This document shows, in pieces, positions 50,591 to 63,479 of a stretch of 64,000 bases of DNA. Below the pieces are notes generated by a model. That model saw only the letters and a program-made list of their open reading frames with translations. It had not been told where the DNA came from and searched no databases. Every line of letters begins with the position of its first letter. Within the stretch, counting starts at the first letter, position 1. Origin of the DNA: Rhina ancylostomus (lineage: Eukaryota); NCBI GenBank assembly GCA_030265395.1, contig JARFYF010000029.1, positions 17,285,990 through 17,349,989 of the forward strand. Reading direction: 5' to 3'. Made by a program: the position numbers and the translations under genes.

Positions 50591-51338
50591 GGTAAGTGTG
50601 TAATTTGTGCTCAAAAAAAGTCCTCTGCGTTATTTTATCAGATCTGAGGCGGTTTTGAATAATCATAGTGTGAGACGCAACAAAGCATGGGATTGAAGAA
50701 GGAGAGGCTCTAGAAAACCAATCGCACTCAAGTTCTTGATGCAGCACCAGGTCCCTGCATCCGCTCAACTTGGAGTTCGGGTGAGCGGAGCTGAACTGCC
50801 AGTGGAACCTGTAGCGAAGGTTGCCCCTCGCTGGCAGAGCTCCGTTACTGCAGCCCCGGTCCGGTCCGGTCCGGCCCCAGTGGAAATTTGGGGAAAATGT
50901 TTTCCGCCCGTGTTTAAAACGTGGTGTATTTAAAATGTGCGCTATTTAGTTCCCTGTTCTTCTAAAGCACAGTTTAACTGACAAGCAATGAAGACGGATT
51001 CAGGAGTAAACCGGATCCATCGTTAATGACAGCTTGCCTGGTCCACAGGTCAGACAGATCCAAGGCATCACCCGTGTTCCACTGCACGAACGGCGTTTAC
51101 CAACTAACTCCCATTCTTTCGATGACACGCAGATCCTACTCCAATTAGTTCAATGCACCTTGGACTTTACAGTTCAGCTGCACGTTTGCCATTGCTCCGT
51201 CCTGTCCAATGGGCAGAACATCACTTGTACTTTAAAGCCACTTTGCTCAAGGTTACTTGGAATGTGCCACCTGGTATGAAGTTCAGACACCGGAAAAATC
51301 CACCGTTCGATTCCTTAATCAATTAACTGATTGCGTAG

Positions 51339-51375
51339 CCTTCCCCTTCCCCTTCCCCTTCCCCTTCCCCTTCCC
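51339..51375 (+). repeat. (CCCCTT)n microsatellite
   Basis: About six tandem CCTTCC units. Confidence 0.95.
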
Positions 51376-53019
51376 GAGCTTGAAGAGGTATAAGGTCAGG
51401 TACCTGCCCTTCATGACCATTCAGGAGCCTCTGTTTTATGGGCTGAATGTTGGGTAAGGACAGAATTGGGCTCAGCTGTGACCTCTACCAGTGTCCAGGG
51501 AGCCCTGCCAGCAGGTTGTCTAGATTCTCACAGGGGGAAGGGCAGCCTGTCTATAAAGGATGCACCAACAGAATCCGTTTTAGTAGAAGAGAAGATATCA
51601 AGCATTAAAATCTTTTCCTGAAGGCATGTGAATAGAACTTTTCCTTCTGTTCAGTTTTATTATCGAGGCCCTAATAGAACATCTGAAGTCCATGTGTAAT
51701 TCCTCCATGACTGCCAAATTTATGAGGAAACTAATATCTATTGCCAGAATTGAGTGTTTATTAATAGATAAAGTTGACTGCATGCTTGCATTTATCTTTT
51801 TGGCTATCTATTCCCTAAAGCTCTGAATTCCTTCCTCACCATCCCTGCAATGTTCTTCACCGTGCATCCATGAGTGTACCCTAACCCTCCATAAAACACG
51901 GCATTACTACTTTTCAGGACGTTTGAAAATTTTTCTGCAATTTCCTGTGCAAAACTTATGTTTTAANNNNNNNNNNTAGAATGAACATTTCTATTTGCTT
52001 CCTCTTCCTCTAACTTCCACAGTTTCTTTTACACGTTCCCTTCTTCACTCTTTCCCTATTTTCATTGGTATATATTGCTCTATGAATCACTTTGTGATAC
52101 TTTATCACGTGTTAGTCACTTCATAAAAATAGTTTGTTATTAATAACTGCCTGCACTGGTAAAGCTCCAGTCACTAATATTTGAATATATATTCAATTGT
52201 AATGTGGCAGGGAACCTGATGTTTTGGTCACTGTTAAAAATAAGAATTATTTTTTAAAAAACTAGAACTTGGAGATCCTGTTTCTGCTAAAGTTCATTTT
52301 GCAGGAATGAGTTAAGGAAAAATCTGTAATAGATTTTCTTTTTCGTTTACTGTACTTTGAATGATATCACATCTGAATTACACCCCATGCTGTTTGCATT
52401 GATGCAGACCATTTGGTTTTACTGTCCTGTAAGTATATGAGTGAGATGGGGTGTTTTGGGTTTTGTATGCTTTAATGACTATATGAACATGAATATTGAT
52501 TGGGGACATGAGCATAGAGTGGTGAGAAACATCTAGGTTAACCTCAAGAAATTGCAATCATGAATAAAGCTGAACAAGGGCAGAATATTGCTAGTTAGCT
52601 GAGACTTAATACTAGATAAAAATTCAATGAGCCCTTTTAAACAGCTATGGAAATATAAGAGAGATACTATAAATGAATATGTTCTGTGTTAATAGTGGCC
52701 ATTTCTAATGACCTAATCCAAGTAATACCAATATTTCTATAATTTTAGGATTATTATTAAACACCTGACAAGTCAATACATCTGCATACATTGTGCCTTC
52801 CTGTTGCTTCTAAATGAATTTCATCCCTACATTATAAAGCTTAAAGTAAGATTAATTATAATGATTTTACATTTAAATTTTCACATTAATTCAAAATAGC
52901 TTCACCAAAATAGATTACTGCTCAGAATCAAATCACTATGCTGTAAGTAACTTTAAACAAAAATTATTTCTTCCACTGCTCTTTCCGTGATATTGTGAAC
53001 TACTTCAATGCTATTCCAG

Positions 53020-53300
53020 ATGAGTGATAACTATTCAATTGCGTCCCTAACCTGAGGCTTGTAGCTTGGGAGATTTGAGTGTCTTAGAAGTAAGACACTT
53101 GCCCAGCATTTCCATTCCCTGAATGTTGTCACTGAAATGCCTGGTGCAGTAAAGCATCTCATAAATGTTGACCCCAAGATATTAATGTTAGGAGACTCGG
53201 CAATGGTAGTGCCTTGAACTTTGGGATTGGGTATTTTATTGTTCTGACTGATCATTGAGTGCTATCTCCCATGTATGGATGTTATCCTGGTATACAGATA
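53020..53300 (-). mobile_element. LINE RT fragment (family of 1590-2115)
   Basis: Minus ORF TTIAESPNINILGST...YKPQVRDAIE. Confidence 0.7.
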
Positions 53301-54574
53301 CAGGCTGTGATTTCTACCAATAATCAGAATAAGCAAAACTGGGCCAAGCCATGTGGATAGCTAGCTGGCAGGTCCATAGAGAATCGTGATGAGCTGCAGT
53401 GTAGAGCAGCACTCTGCAGTGCGCAGGTGTGGAAATCTGCAACAGGGAAGTATGGAATGTGATGAGGTTCAGATACAGGTGCAGCTAACCTCCCGCTGTC
53501 TCTGGACTCGCTGTTGAATTCAGGGGTATTTCATAATTACCTAGGCTAAGGGACTGATATAATTCTGCATTTGGCCCCTTTACACCAGGACATTGCATTA
53601 AGCCCCTTCATTTGAACCTTCATTAAAATGTAACTGAAAGTAAGTTTTTTTTCACTTTTATATAACTATTTAATTTGCATTTGTTAATTCTGATTAAGTA
53701 CTTCTTTGTTATTCTGACAATGGGCTGTCAGAACGCCATCAGGATGGACGCTCATACAGCACTTTGCTGAAGCCTTCACTCTGTCAGCTTCATGGAATGG
53801 CCCTGGTGCTTAGTCTCATGCTTAGTGGGAGCCAGGCAGCCACAAACGTTTATTATGGATGTGGGGCTAGAGTGGGAGGTGTGGCCCATCATCTGCTCCA
53901 TGTCACATACTGCTAACAGGCCTGTATATCATCATTCTTTCACCATCTCTGGTTGAATTCTAGGTAAGGTCACCATAACCAGGAGAATGACAGTGTTTCA
54001 TAGCTTATTCCAACATTCCCACATTTCTGAGCACAAACTGAAGTGATAGTTTTAAACAAAATATGCATTTTTAGATAACATTGACACTTAATAGCTTGAT
54101 TAATTTTATTTCTTCTGCCTTTGGTATTTTCAATGTTAGTCTTTCTTGGTTACTTCAAAATTATTAATTACTTTCTTCATGTAACCATCTGTAATCATTA
54201 GGATTGTGGATGGGTTTGCAGAGACAGGGTGGAATAGGTCAGCTGATCTATTGTGAATTCCAAAATGCAGAAAAACATACCAAATGTCAAAAATAACAAT
54301 GTTCAGAGTGAAGGGTTGCCTGCCCCCAGAGTGCCCAAGGAAATAAATCTTGTGCCTTCATCTATTCTATGCCCTTTTTAGTCTTTTGTGGACTAATGTT
54401 TCTTTGTTCCATCGTTGTTAGTGAAGGAACGTTGGGAAAATCTGCAATTAAAGTTACGAGTACACGGCCCGCTACGGTTTCAGCATAATTACTTGTTTTG
54501 CTTTATATTCAAAGTCACTTTTGAGTTTTCTTTTTTATTTTTTATTGGGAATCATTGATGAGCTTTTGCTAATA

Positions 54575-54884
54575 CATGGGCTCCCAAGGTTATGAATAAC
54601 CGGACTTTATACAAATTCTCCTATTTTTTTAAAGCATTTTTCAAGCCTGTAATAGTAATAAAATGTATCATGGTGTTCATTAATGACTGGATACAATGTA
54701 TCCAGATTAGTTTAATTATCAGTAGTGTTAGGGTGATTATTCAATGAAATGAAAGAATTATAGCAAGTCTATGTAGAACACTACAATATGGGTTACCACA
54801 GAAAATGGACACTTCTGACGTGGAGAAATCGGCTTATGGACACTTCTGAAGAATGGAACCCATACATAACCTGGGGACTGCCTG
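54575..54884. mobile_element. Tigger/pogo-like MITE related to 10494-10779
   Basis: TA|CATGGGCTCCCAAGGTTATG ... CATAACCTGGGGACTGCCTG|TA; shares cttatggaca...aatggaacc with the first copy. Confidence 0.8.
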
Positions 54885-55129
54885 TACTTCCCCAAACTGC
54901 TCTGTATGTAAATAGTAAAAGTAGGGCAATCAGGGCTGATTGCTGAACATAGTGCTGACCTATTTGTGGTAGCAGAGTGTGTGGTTGAGATACTAAGTGA
55001 GTATTTTGCATTTTTTCCTGGGAAGAAGATAACGCCCTGGTCACTGTAAAAATAAAAGATAAGGTTGGGATAAAAATTGATCGTGGAAAGGTATTAGGAA
55101 GGCTGGCTCTACTTTTTGTTTTCAAAAAG

Positions 55130-55430
55130 TCATCAGGTTTGGATGGGATCAGCCCAGATTGCACCCACCTTAAACACTTCTCCTCTCCATCACCATCGTA
55201 CCATGGCTGCAGTGTTTACTGTCAAGATGATTCTCTTGTTCACTTGGAGTTCACTGCCACTCTTCTTCAGCAGCACCTCCCGAACAGTGACCACCTTCTT
55301 GAAGGGCATGGAAACACCTGCAAATCCCCTTTCAAGTCACTCTTTATCTAATGGTGTTCTCCTAATATATAACCATCACTGCCTTCTCAGGGGTATTTAG
55401 AGAAAGGGAATAAATGCTGGTTTTCAGAGA
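55130..55430 (+). mobile_element. LINE 3' fragment (family of 1590-2115)
   Basis: ctccatcaccatcgtaccatggctgcagtgt...cttcagcagcacctcccgaac...catggaaacacc...aataaatgctgg. Confidence 0.65.
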
Positions 55431-56854
55431 GGAAAGAAGTCTGAGACATTTAAGGATAGCTTCATGCATATAGTGAATATTGATGAAGGTTTCATGTGAG
55501 TGCTTCTGAAAAATGTTTATGTATATTCATGTTTCCATAGTTTTGAACAATTTTTAGATGAAGGTCAGAGAGATGGAGAGGTGAATTCCCTGAACAATGA
55601 TGGTTTTTTTGTATGAAACCTCTTTAGATATATTTTGGTAATGAAGGATAAGTAATGAGCCAGTTAGTGGGGTGTTTCATTAATTGAAAGGGTAAACATA
55701 ACAAATTTAAAATCTGAGTTTTAATTGTAATTTGCACTTTGAGCACTGGACTGAAATTTAAATTTGGAAGGTTTTGTCCTTGCATTTGTAATGTGATGGG
55801 ATGTGTGCATGCATTCATAATCTTACCTTGTAGCTATTTCCTTGGGTGATTATTGCCTGGCCTGTGCCCCAGCTTGTCCCCTTCCACACACCCCTAATAA
55901 TTTAGGTGGAACATTATGATACAAAAAATGTCTGAGCAAATTGTTTACTGATTAGATACTCAGTGATTTAATGCAAATTGTTTAATGGTTAAATGGCTCG
56001 GTGACCCNNNNNNNNNNGTTTAACGGAAACCCCCCCCCCCCCCCCCACAAGTCGATTAGGCTGTCAATTGACCAGTTGGCTGCCCTTGATGGTAAGCTCC
56101 TCTCTGGTAGCAAGGCTGTGTGCGTGTAATTGCTGTTACATGGAGCATGAGGGAGGAGCAAAACTGCCCTGCCCATGAAGCAGCTGAAAAAAAAATTTAG
56201 AAAGCCACAGCCTGACCTATCCCATGGTTAAACCCTGTCATTTCTGAATATATCTAATAATTCAAAACATCCTAAAACTATTTTAACAATTTAAAGAGAT
56301 TAAACCATTTTAGAAATATTAAATGACTCTAAAAAGGGAAGTAATCTCAGTTTATTTAAAAAATGTGAATTAATTGGAATTCATAAACAGAGATGCTGTC
56401 CTTGTGTCAGTTCTAAGCTGGTGTAAAGTGCTTGAGCAGATTCTGCAGTGTTAAAGTTGGAGAATTACCATTAATTCACATTACACTGCAAGACTCCATG
56501 AGTCATTCAATGTCAGAACAAATTCTTGGAAAATATCACAAACAGCTGACAGCAGTTGGGGGAATTCTGTATCTACACGCAGATCCTAAAATTGTAAGTA
56601 ATTTACACTGCAAGATTTGAGCCATTGTCTTCAAAGACCTTTGAACAATAAATAAGGGACTATATAAATACAACACTTCCTAATTTCATTCTCTTTCATA
56701 CACAAATACTTAGAAACTATGGGGTAGCAAGTATGCAAAATCCACAGTAAGGTATTGTATACATGTTGAATTTGGCTTTGGAAATCAACCTTTGGAAATG
56801 GAGTAGAATGTGCACGTGCTATGGCATCAAGACTTTATTAAGTGTGACTGAGGA

Positions 56855-57250
56855 AGAATAGGAATTGTGAAATGACAATAAGTTAAGAAATAGAGTACAC
56901 CATATGGCCCCCTCGAGCCTGCTTCACCACCCAGTAAGATCATGGTTGATCTGATCACTGGCTTCAGCTCCATTTTCTTGCCGATTCAGTTTCCCCTACA
57001 GTTAAAAATCTGAGCTCAGCCTTGAACATAAGCAACAACTTGACATCCATGCACTCAGATAGAGAATTCCAAAGATTCACAACACAGGCATGCGTATATT
57101 CCTCCTTTCAGTACCAAGTGATTGATCTGTGATCCTGAGGCTATTCTTCTAGTTCTGGACTCCCCACAACAAATACCCCGTCAAGCCCTGTTGAATGTTG
57201 GGTGTTTTGATGAGATCACTTCTCCTTTTCTAAACTCCAGGGAGTTGAAA
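56855..57250 (-). mobile_element. CR1 3' end
   Basis: ggccccctcgagcctgcttcaccacccagtaagatcatggttgatctg...agagaattccaaagattcacaac is the reverse of a CR1 3'UTR and ORF2 end. Confidence 0.75.
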
Positions 57251-57489
57251 GAGTAATGCATTCTACATTTCAATCAAACTACTCCATTTTGGGCATTTTT
57301 GCTCAAGATTTGTGTGATTTTTAAATTAGCATTTACTTTTTGTTACTGCTTTATAATGTGAACCTTTGGCCAGTTTGTGAATGAGTAATAGGCTGTAAAA
57401 TTGTTTGTTCAGTGTCCACAACTTGGGCACTATCACAGTCAATGCTTGTACAATTTAGTTGTGATACGTATGCATACTTGTGGAGCATG

Positions 57490-58510
57490 GGTTGTGCTAT
57501 CCACTGTTTTAGACAAGGTAAACCTTGTGCGATGCCATACAACCTTGAAGAAGCAGTGGAGGCAGATCATGGCACTAGGAATGCAGCATGATAGGGAAAG
57601 TGAGGAAACTAAAGCCAGGGCAGAGGGGAAAGGGGAGAAGATTGAAAAGGGGCCACAGAGGAGGCTGCTTCCACCAAGGATTTTCTAAGATCAATTCTTC
57701 TACATGTACCTTGGCATGGAGCAGAGTGACATGACTCCAATATAGTTAAGAGATCCTCATTGAAAATGTGGTCAGCACAACTATCATAAAAGTGGGATAA
57801 GGACCACTTTGCCATTCACTGTTAGTTACTTCTACACAGCTATCTCTTTCCAATCTAACAAGCTGCAGCTTGTTGCGTGAAGACATCAGATTTTGTTGCT
57901 CTGGGTTAATAGAATTTATCTGATTCTCTTGCCAGAGAATGATGAGGTGAGGGAGACCATGGCTTTGACAAGACTGGGGGCTTCCCAGAGCTGCAGGGTT
58001 CCATTGGAAAGCACTTTTGTCACATTGTGGATGAACTTAAAGACACCAGAATGTACAGGTGTTACATAATGCTGCAAGATGTATCATGATGGTTACTTCC
58101 AGGTATCCATGTAGCAGTCATAATAGATTCATTCTGCACTAGTTCACAGTGCCATTCACATTTGAGGCAGCTCACCACATGAAAGGGTGGTCACTGAATG
58201 AGAAGTGCTATCATCATATCACATGGCTTTTGACACTGATGTGCAGCCTTACATGAGGATATTGTGAATGCAACAAATGCTGTGCTCTCCTCACAATCTG
58301 GTGGAGTAGACCTCTGGCATGCTTGCATAACAGCTCTGCGGCCTGAAGCATTCTGGAGGAACCTTGCTGTTTTCAGCAGTAATGGCCTCGAAGGTTTGTT
58401 GTGGCTTGCTGTATGTTGCACAATGTCACAATCGCATGGGTTCAGTCTTTGCCGTACTAAGAAGCTGCAGAACAGGAGGGAGAAGACGAAGAGAAGAGGG
58501 CAGACTGACA
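57490..58510 (+). pseudogene. Decayed PIF/Harbinger DDE transposase (HARBI1-like)
   Basis: Ordered motifs: RRLLPPRIF (~57660), HGFDKTGGFPELQGSI (57958-58005), IMMVTSRYPCSSHNRFIL (58083-58136), GWSLNEKCY...TWLLT, VE*TSGML...SGGTLLFS, FVVACCMLHN (~58395-58425), acidic tail; many stops and frameshifts. Confidence 0.88.
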
Positions 58511-58699
58511 ACAGTTATTCTGANNNNNNNNNNGTTCCCCTGTTGTAACAGTTACCACCTTGGTTTTCCTTTGTTGACCTTCACGATGTTGAAATGCAAT
58601 AGGTGGCCATGACAAGAGAATAAAAACGACATTGCAAGCCAAACTGATGAATCAAATAATGCCCAATGCCCCACATATGCTTTCCAATCATTCCCTCAG

Positions 58700-60243
58700 T
58701 GTTCATTCAGCAGCTGCCTGAGTCGTGTAAGCACTGCTGTCCCAGTGACTCTAGCATGAATGAGTACAGCTTCAGCTGACCTTGGAGCAGCTGTGGGCCT
58801 GACAGGCTTCGCTTTGGACTACATCGTTGTACTACAATCACCAGGCAACAGCAAAGGGCAAGGATGGGATCAGAAATACTGTTGCCCTGAAAGTATTTGT
58901 GATCCAATCCTGACCAGATTTGTGCTTTATGGAAAATTGGGGCAGCACCTTGGCAATCCGATTGATCTGTTGGAAGGCATATTGCTGGATTACTGTGGCA
59001 GCCTGGGAGCTCTGTTCAGCAGTGGTATCCACGGCTATGATGGCAGCAGTCTGAACTTGCATGGCAGGTGTTTGAGCTGGGATTGGTCGAAGCAGAGGCA
59101 AAGGCCACTGAACCATGACAGTAGTACCCACCAAATGTGTTAATAATGTTGCCCATTGCTTCTACACTGGCAAGGTCAAGCTCTAAACTGAATTAACCCT
59201 TGTGTGAGGGTTTTCGCTGGAGTGCCTTGTCTCCTTGATGTTCCATGTATGCTTTCTGGCAGACCTTCCAAAGCACAAGGTATTTCATTAGCTGTATTCA
59301 TCCATTTCCTGCTGTAAACTGTCCCATTAGTGTTCCCATCCAAGTCCTCTACATGTGCCATTTCACTCCAGGAATTTGGATGGGTGACCTTTCCCTCTTC
59401 CCAGGCTGCAAGCCACCCATATTGGGTGCCTCACCAGAGGCAGTTGCTGACTCTAATCTCGGCTCTTGTGCCTAGTGACTGCAATTATTAGATCAAGTTT
59501 CTTTGCGTCTGATCTTTGCTTTTTGCTGTTCAATCATCGTCTAGATGCAGTCTGAGAGGAGGAAGATTATACAGTTAACGTGGTGAATGAGTACACCAGC
59601 TCCAGTTTGTAAATGACGAGGTTATGTGATGAGGGAGAATGGGACATTACAAGATAGCCCATTGCTGTCATGGACTGTGACACAGCTGCTCCCATTCTGG
59701 TGAGCACCTGCTCCTCCTGGAGATGAAGTAAGGGGATGTAGTCCTGCCCCAGTCGCCACACTTTGCACTTGCTTGTTGTGGAAGGAAGAATGTGTGTCAG
59801 TGAGTGTTGCTTGAGGTATCTGATGTAAGTGATGATGCCAAGGTTGAATAGCTTGCAGTGTTCGCAAGTTCTGAGGCTTGAAAGTGAGTGAGGTTACTTG
59901 AATATTGGGTCCCTATCCTGATTGATAGATATTACTGTATTTGATGGAGGTGTGTGAAATAGTGGCAAAGGCTGATAATTCACTTGCTGGGATTCATCTA
60001 TTAAAATGCATTCATTGACTTTAAACAGGTATGTGAAGTCATCAAACCTTTGCAATGCTGCCTTTGGGTCTATGGGGCTTGTCTCTTGGCATTGACCATC
60101 ACAGCTGTCACTTTAGTTTCACCATGTGTCTGGAGGCCTCCTGACCATCTACAGATACAGGGCGTCTCTCTTCCTTGTTATCTCATTGCCCTAGGCCTTC
60201 ACTGCTCTGTCAGAAAATTGTGAAGCCTACGATCTCTTATCAT
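58700..60243 (-). pseudogene. Decayed Myb/SANT DNA-binding gene of the same Harbinger element
   Basis: Minus strand 60230-60035 reads ASQFSDRAVKA*GNEITRKRDALY...RRP...VNAKRQAP*TQRQHCK/FDDFT, like Myb_DNA-bind_5 (APRFSD..LE.LV.EV..RR..LF...VNA.....RT..QC.KKF.DL); converges on the transposase as in Harbingers. Confidence 0.7.
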
Positions 60244-60889
60244 AAGCTACAGTTACCTTTGAATGAGTTCGCCCAGGCTGCACCCACAAAGCATGTCCTC
60301 TTTAAGTGATGCAGGTTGCCTTTACTCAGTGTAACTTAAATGGTTCTAACTGCTCACAAAATTGTGCCCCTTGGAGATGCACAAAAGCAATCAGCAGCAA
60401 TATTAGTGATGGATAAACACCAAAATGAAAAGAGCAATATGACAACATGTTATTGTTAGTGATAAGTGGCTGGATGGTGCTAATAACCAGTACATTTCAA
60501 ATGAATTAATAGCTCCATTAAAATAACTGATAAAGCAATTTGATCTGATTGTGTTACAAATTCTCAGTCATTTCCAGCATATGTTTTAAGTTTTTTAAAT
60601 AGAAAACATTGTAGTGCAATTTAATTAGAATTATAGAATGTTGCAGAAAAGGGGTAAAACATTTGGCCCACAGAATCCATGCCAGCTCATTGGTAGAACT
60701 ACCAAGTCAATCCTTCTCCACTTTATCTATAAGCTTGTAAATTACTGCCCTTCACATTAAGCATTCAGCTAGACCTTCTCTGGGAGAGGAAAAACTCCTT
60801 CATTTGTGTCATAAGTGGGTAATGCCTGATTCTGAAATTGGTTTTAGTTTCCCCCATGAGGAGCAACATCCTCTCATCATCTAAAGGGT

Positions 60890-61265
60890 GTGGTAAAGGT
60901 GAGTGAATATCACAAGGTGCCAAAGGAAATTTGAAATTACCAGGAGACGGAAAAAGGACTGGAAATGTGAGGTACAAGGCTGAAATGTGCCGAGTCAAAA
61001 GATGAGGTGCTGTGTCTTGAGCTCACGTTGAGTTTCATTAAAGTATAGGAAGGCAAAGATGGGATGGACTAGAGAATTAAAGTGGCACCTGTGAGTTCAG
61101 ATCACCCTTGGATACTGAACAAAGGCTTTCGGTACAGCGATCACCCAATCTGCATTTGGCTTCCACGATGTAAAGGAGACTGAATGCAGTACGTTAATTT
61201 GGAAGAAGTTCAAGTTAATTGAGCTTCACTTTGAAATTGGTTGGGTCCCTGGGTGGTGGAGAAGG
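60890..61265 (-). mobile_element. Penelope GIY-YIG endonuclease fragment
   Basis: Minus strand LLYIVEAKCRLGDRCTESL (~61180-61125) resembles LLYIGETKRRLGDRFAEHL; also ELKTQHLIF further on. Confidence 0.75.
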
Positions 61266-61689
61266 GTAGTGAAAGTTTAGAGTCTTCAATGTTATGGATA
61301 CTCAAAGCTATCTTTTTCCATGCTAAATATAAAATGTGTAGTCATTTGAAAAGTTGCAACAAATGCTCAACAGTTAAGTGGTTCAAGGGAGCATATCTAG
61401 ACATTGCACTGGACAAAATGCTGATGTGAATATTCCTTCTTCATTTTCAAATGAAACAGTTGCATTTTTGGCTCAAAGGAGAATACAATTCACGTGAATA
61501 TTCCACAAATTGAAGGAGGTCATCCAAAATATTCTGGCAGTTCAGGAGACTGAAGGGCCTTGACTTGGTTGTGATATGAATTGTTGGAAAATATACACAT
61601 TACCCCACTATTTAATAAAATAGAGGGGTCTGACTAGAGAATTATAGGCCTCTTAGCATAATAGTTGAGAAATCATTAGACTCTACAAT

Positions 61690-62680
61690 TAAGGATGATG
61701 TACCTGAATATGAAGAAACTTTTCCACTGATTGGAGAGAGGCAGCATGGATAGATAAAGAGAAGGGCACGCCTGATGACCCAAATTGAATTTTTAAAGAG
61801 ATGATATATGTGGTGGATGGGGTTGTCCATAAGGCATGTATGAAATCCCTCATAGGAGACTGTCATTTTTGAAGTTTGTGGAATTGAAAGCAAATTATTG
61901 AGTTGGTTAGAAAATTTCTTCAGTGCCAGGAGACAGAACTGGGAGAAATGGGCAGACAGCCAATTTGGCAGGAAACAAGAATCTGTGTGGGGCAACGACT
62001 ATTAACCATATCAATAAAAGATGGAGGAGAAAGTCATGCATCCACGTTTGTTGATGAGAAACAGAGGCATTATGGATAGTAAATCTGAAAGCATTAAGTT
62101 GCAAAGAAATTTTAATAGATTGAGCAAATCATCAAAACTGTGAAACTTAGGTTTCAGTGTGGGTGATTTTGAGGTTATATAAATTAAATATATTGTTATA
62201 TAAATTATATATATTGAATATAAATTAGAACATAGTACTTACTAAATTGTGAAAAACTGGCAGTGGAGATTCAGAGACCTAAAGGCTCATGTACATTTAG
62301 AGCATGGTAACAGGCCCTTCTGGCCCAACGAGTCTGCACCGCCCATTTTAAACCCCAAATTAACCTACCCATGCATCTTTAGAATGTGGGAGGAAACCGG
62401 AGCACCTGGAGGAAACCCACGCAGACACGGGAGAACGTACAAACTCTTTACAGGCAGCGGCGGGAATCAAACCCAGGTTTCTGGTGCTGTAATGGCGTCA
62501 CGCTAACTGCTATGCTACCGTGCCGCCCTAATGGACAGATGCAGAAAATAAGCAGCAGTAATGGGCTCTGAAGTTATGCTAAAGCTAAACAAAAAATACT
62601 GACTTGACCACACCTGGAATTCTTTGAGGCAGTTCTGGGTACAGGTCAGGAAGAATACATTGAACCAGAATGATACCTCT
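61690..62680 (+). mobile_element. Decayed CR1 LINE interrupted by a SINE
   Basis: aggcagcatggatagataaagagaagg (SQHGF.KGR), ttattgagttggttagaaaatt (L.WIENWL), gaccacacctggaattc...gcagttctgg (RPHLEYC.QFW). Confidence 0.65.
62297..62528 (-). mobile_element. tRNA-derived V-SINE, relatively young
   Basis: gaatgtgggaggaaaccggagcacctggaggaaacccacgcagacacgggagaacgtacaaactc...atgctaccgtgccgccc; same family as 2126-2311. Confidence 0.9.
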
Positions 62681-63479
62681 TTCTGTGAAGCACTTGCCAG
62701 GTTATGGGCTGGTGTACATAATGTACATATTCCATTTACCCATTTCCCACTGTTCCCATTACTCACTGCAGATCTAGGCTTTCTAGGCAGTGAATTCTGT
62801 ATTGAAGTTTAAAATATTTTGTGACTTGTAAAGCTATTTTGGAATTGTATTTCTATTTGTGTATGTCTCTCTGGGGGTTCATTTATTATTTAATTTTCAG
62901 GAGCCTTTGTTTTGCTCTCTTTTCCCAGCAGTTACACCTGAGCTACCACAGGTTTCAGAGAGGAATAGCTGCACTTTTTTAAGATATGAGGTGGCAATAA
63001 GGAAGACCTTGATAGTACTCGGGTCTACAAGAGAAACTATTCACATTTTTACCAGAGGAGAAGCCTTTGAAGGATGCTGCAGTAGAGTTATGTTGCATGT
63101 TCTTTTCACACCAGCTCCCAAACTCCTCCACAGACTGAGCACATTGTGTTCATCAAGGTCATAACTGCCTGTGGCATTGATTCTTCAGGATCCAATTAGC
63201 TGCAGAAGTCTGTGTAAAAGAAATCACTGATGCCTTGTTTACTGGAGCAAACACCTTTACTTCCAAACTCTTGGCAATTAACAGCAGCTTGGGAAAGCCA
63301 TATATTTTTTATTTGAGTAGTTAGATTCTCAAGGGGGTTTTAGGTTGCACTTATGTGGCCCTGCATATTGCAGAACACAATACCCATACCAATATGAATA
63401 GGTCACGCATTTGTGACCATCAGCACTGAATCTTATAAGTTAGTGCTTATTATTAAGGCAGAAGTAACAGTGCCTTCAT

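Larger units (their letters stand above)
40810..51380. promoter_or_regulatory. Large CpG-retaining (probably unmethylated) domain around a developmental gene promoter
   Basis: CG dinucleotides occur several times per line here but are rare in the flanks, despite moderate GC content; judged by eye. Confidence 0.75.

Noticed and set aside
57490-58510. Functional host HARBI1 gene
   Set aside because: Multiple stops, frameshifts and lost catalytic residues, with an adjacent decayed Myb gene; a transposon fossil.
62880-62960. Possible splice acceptors (ttttcag, ctcttttcccag) as exon 2
   Set aside because: Downstream translation shows no Wnt signal peptide or SWWSL-type motif and no clear donor.
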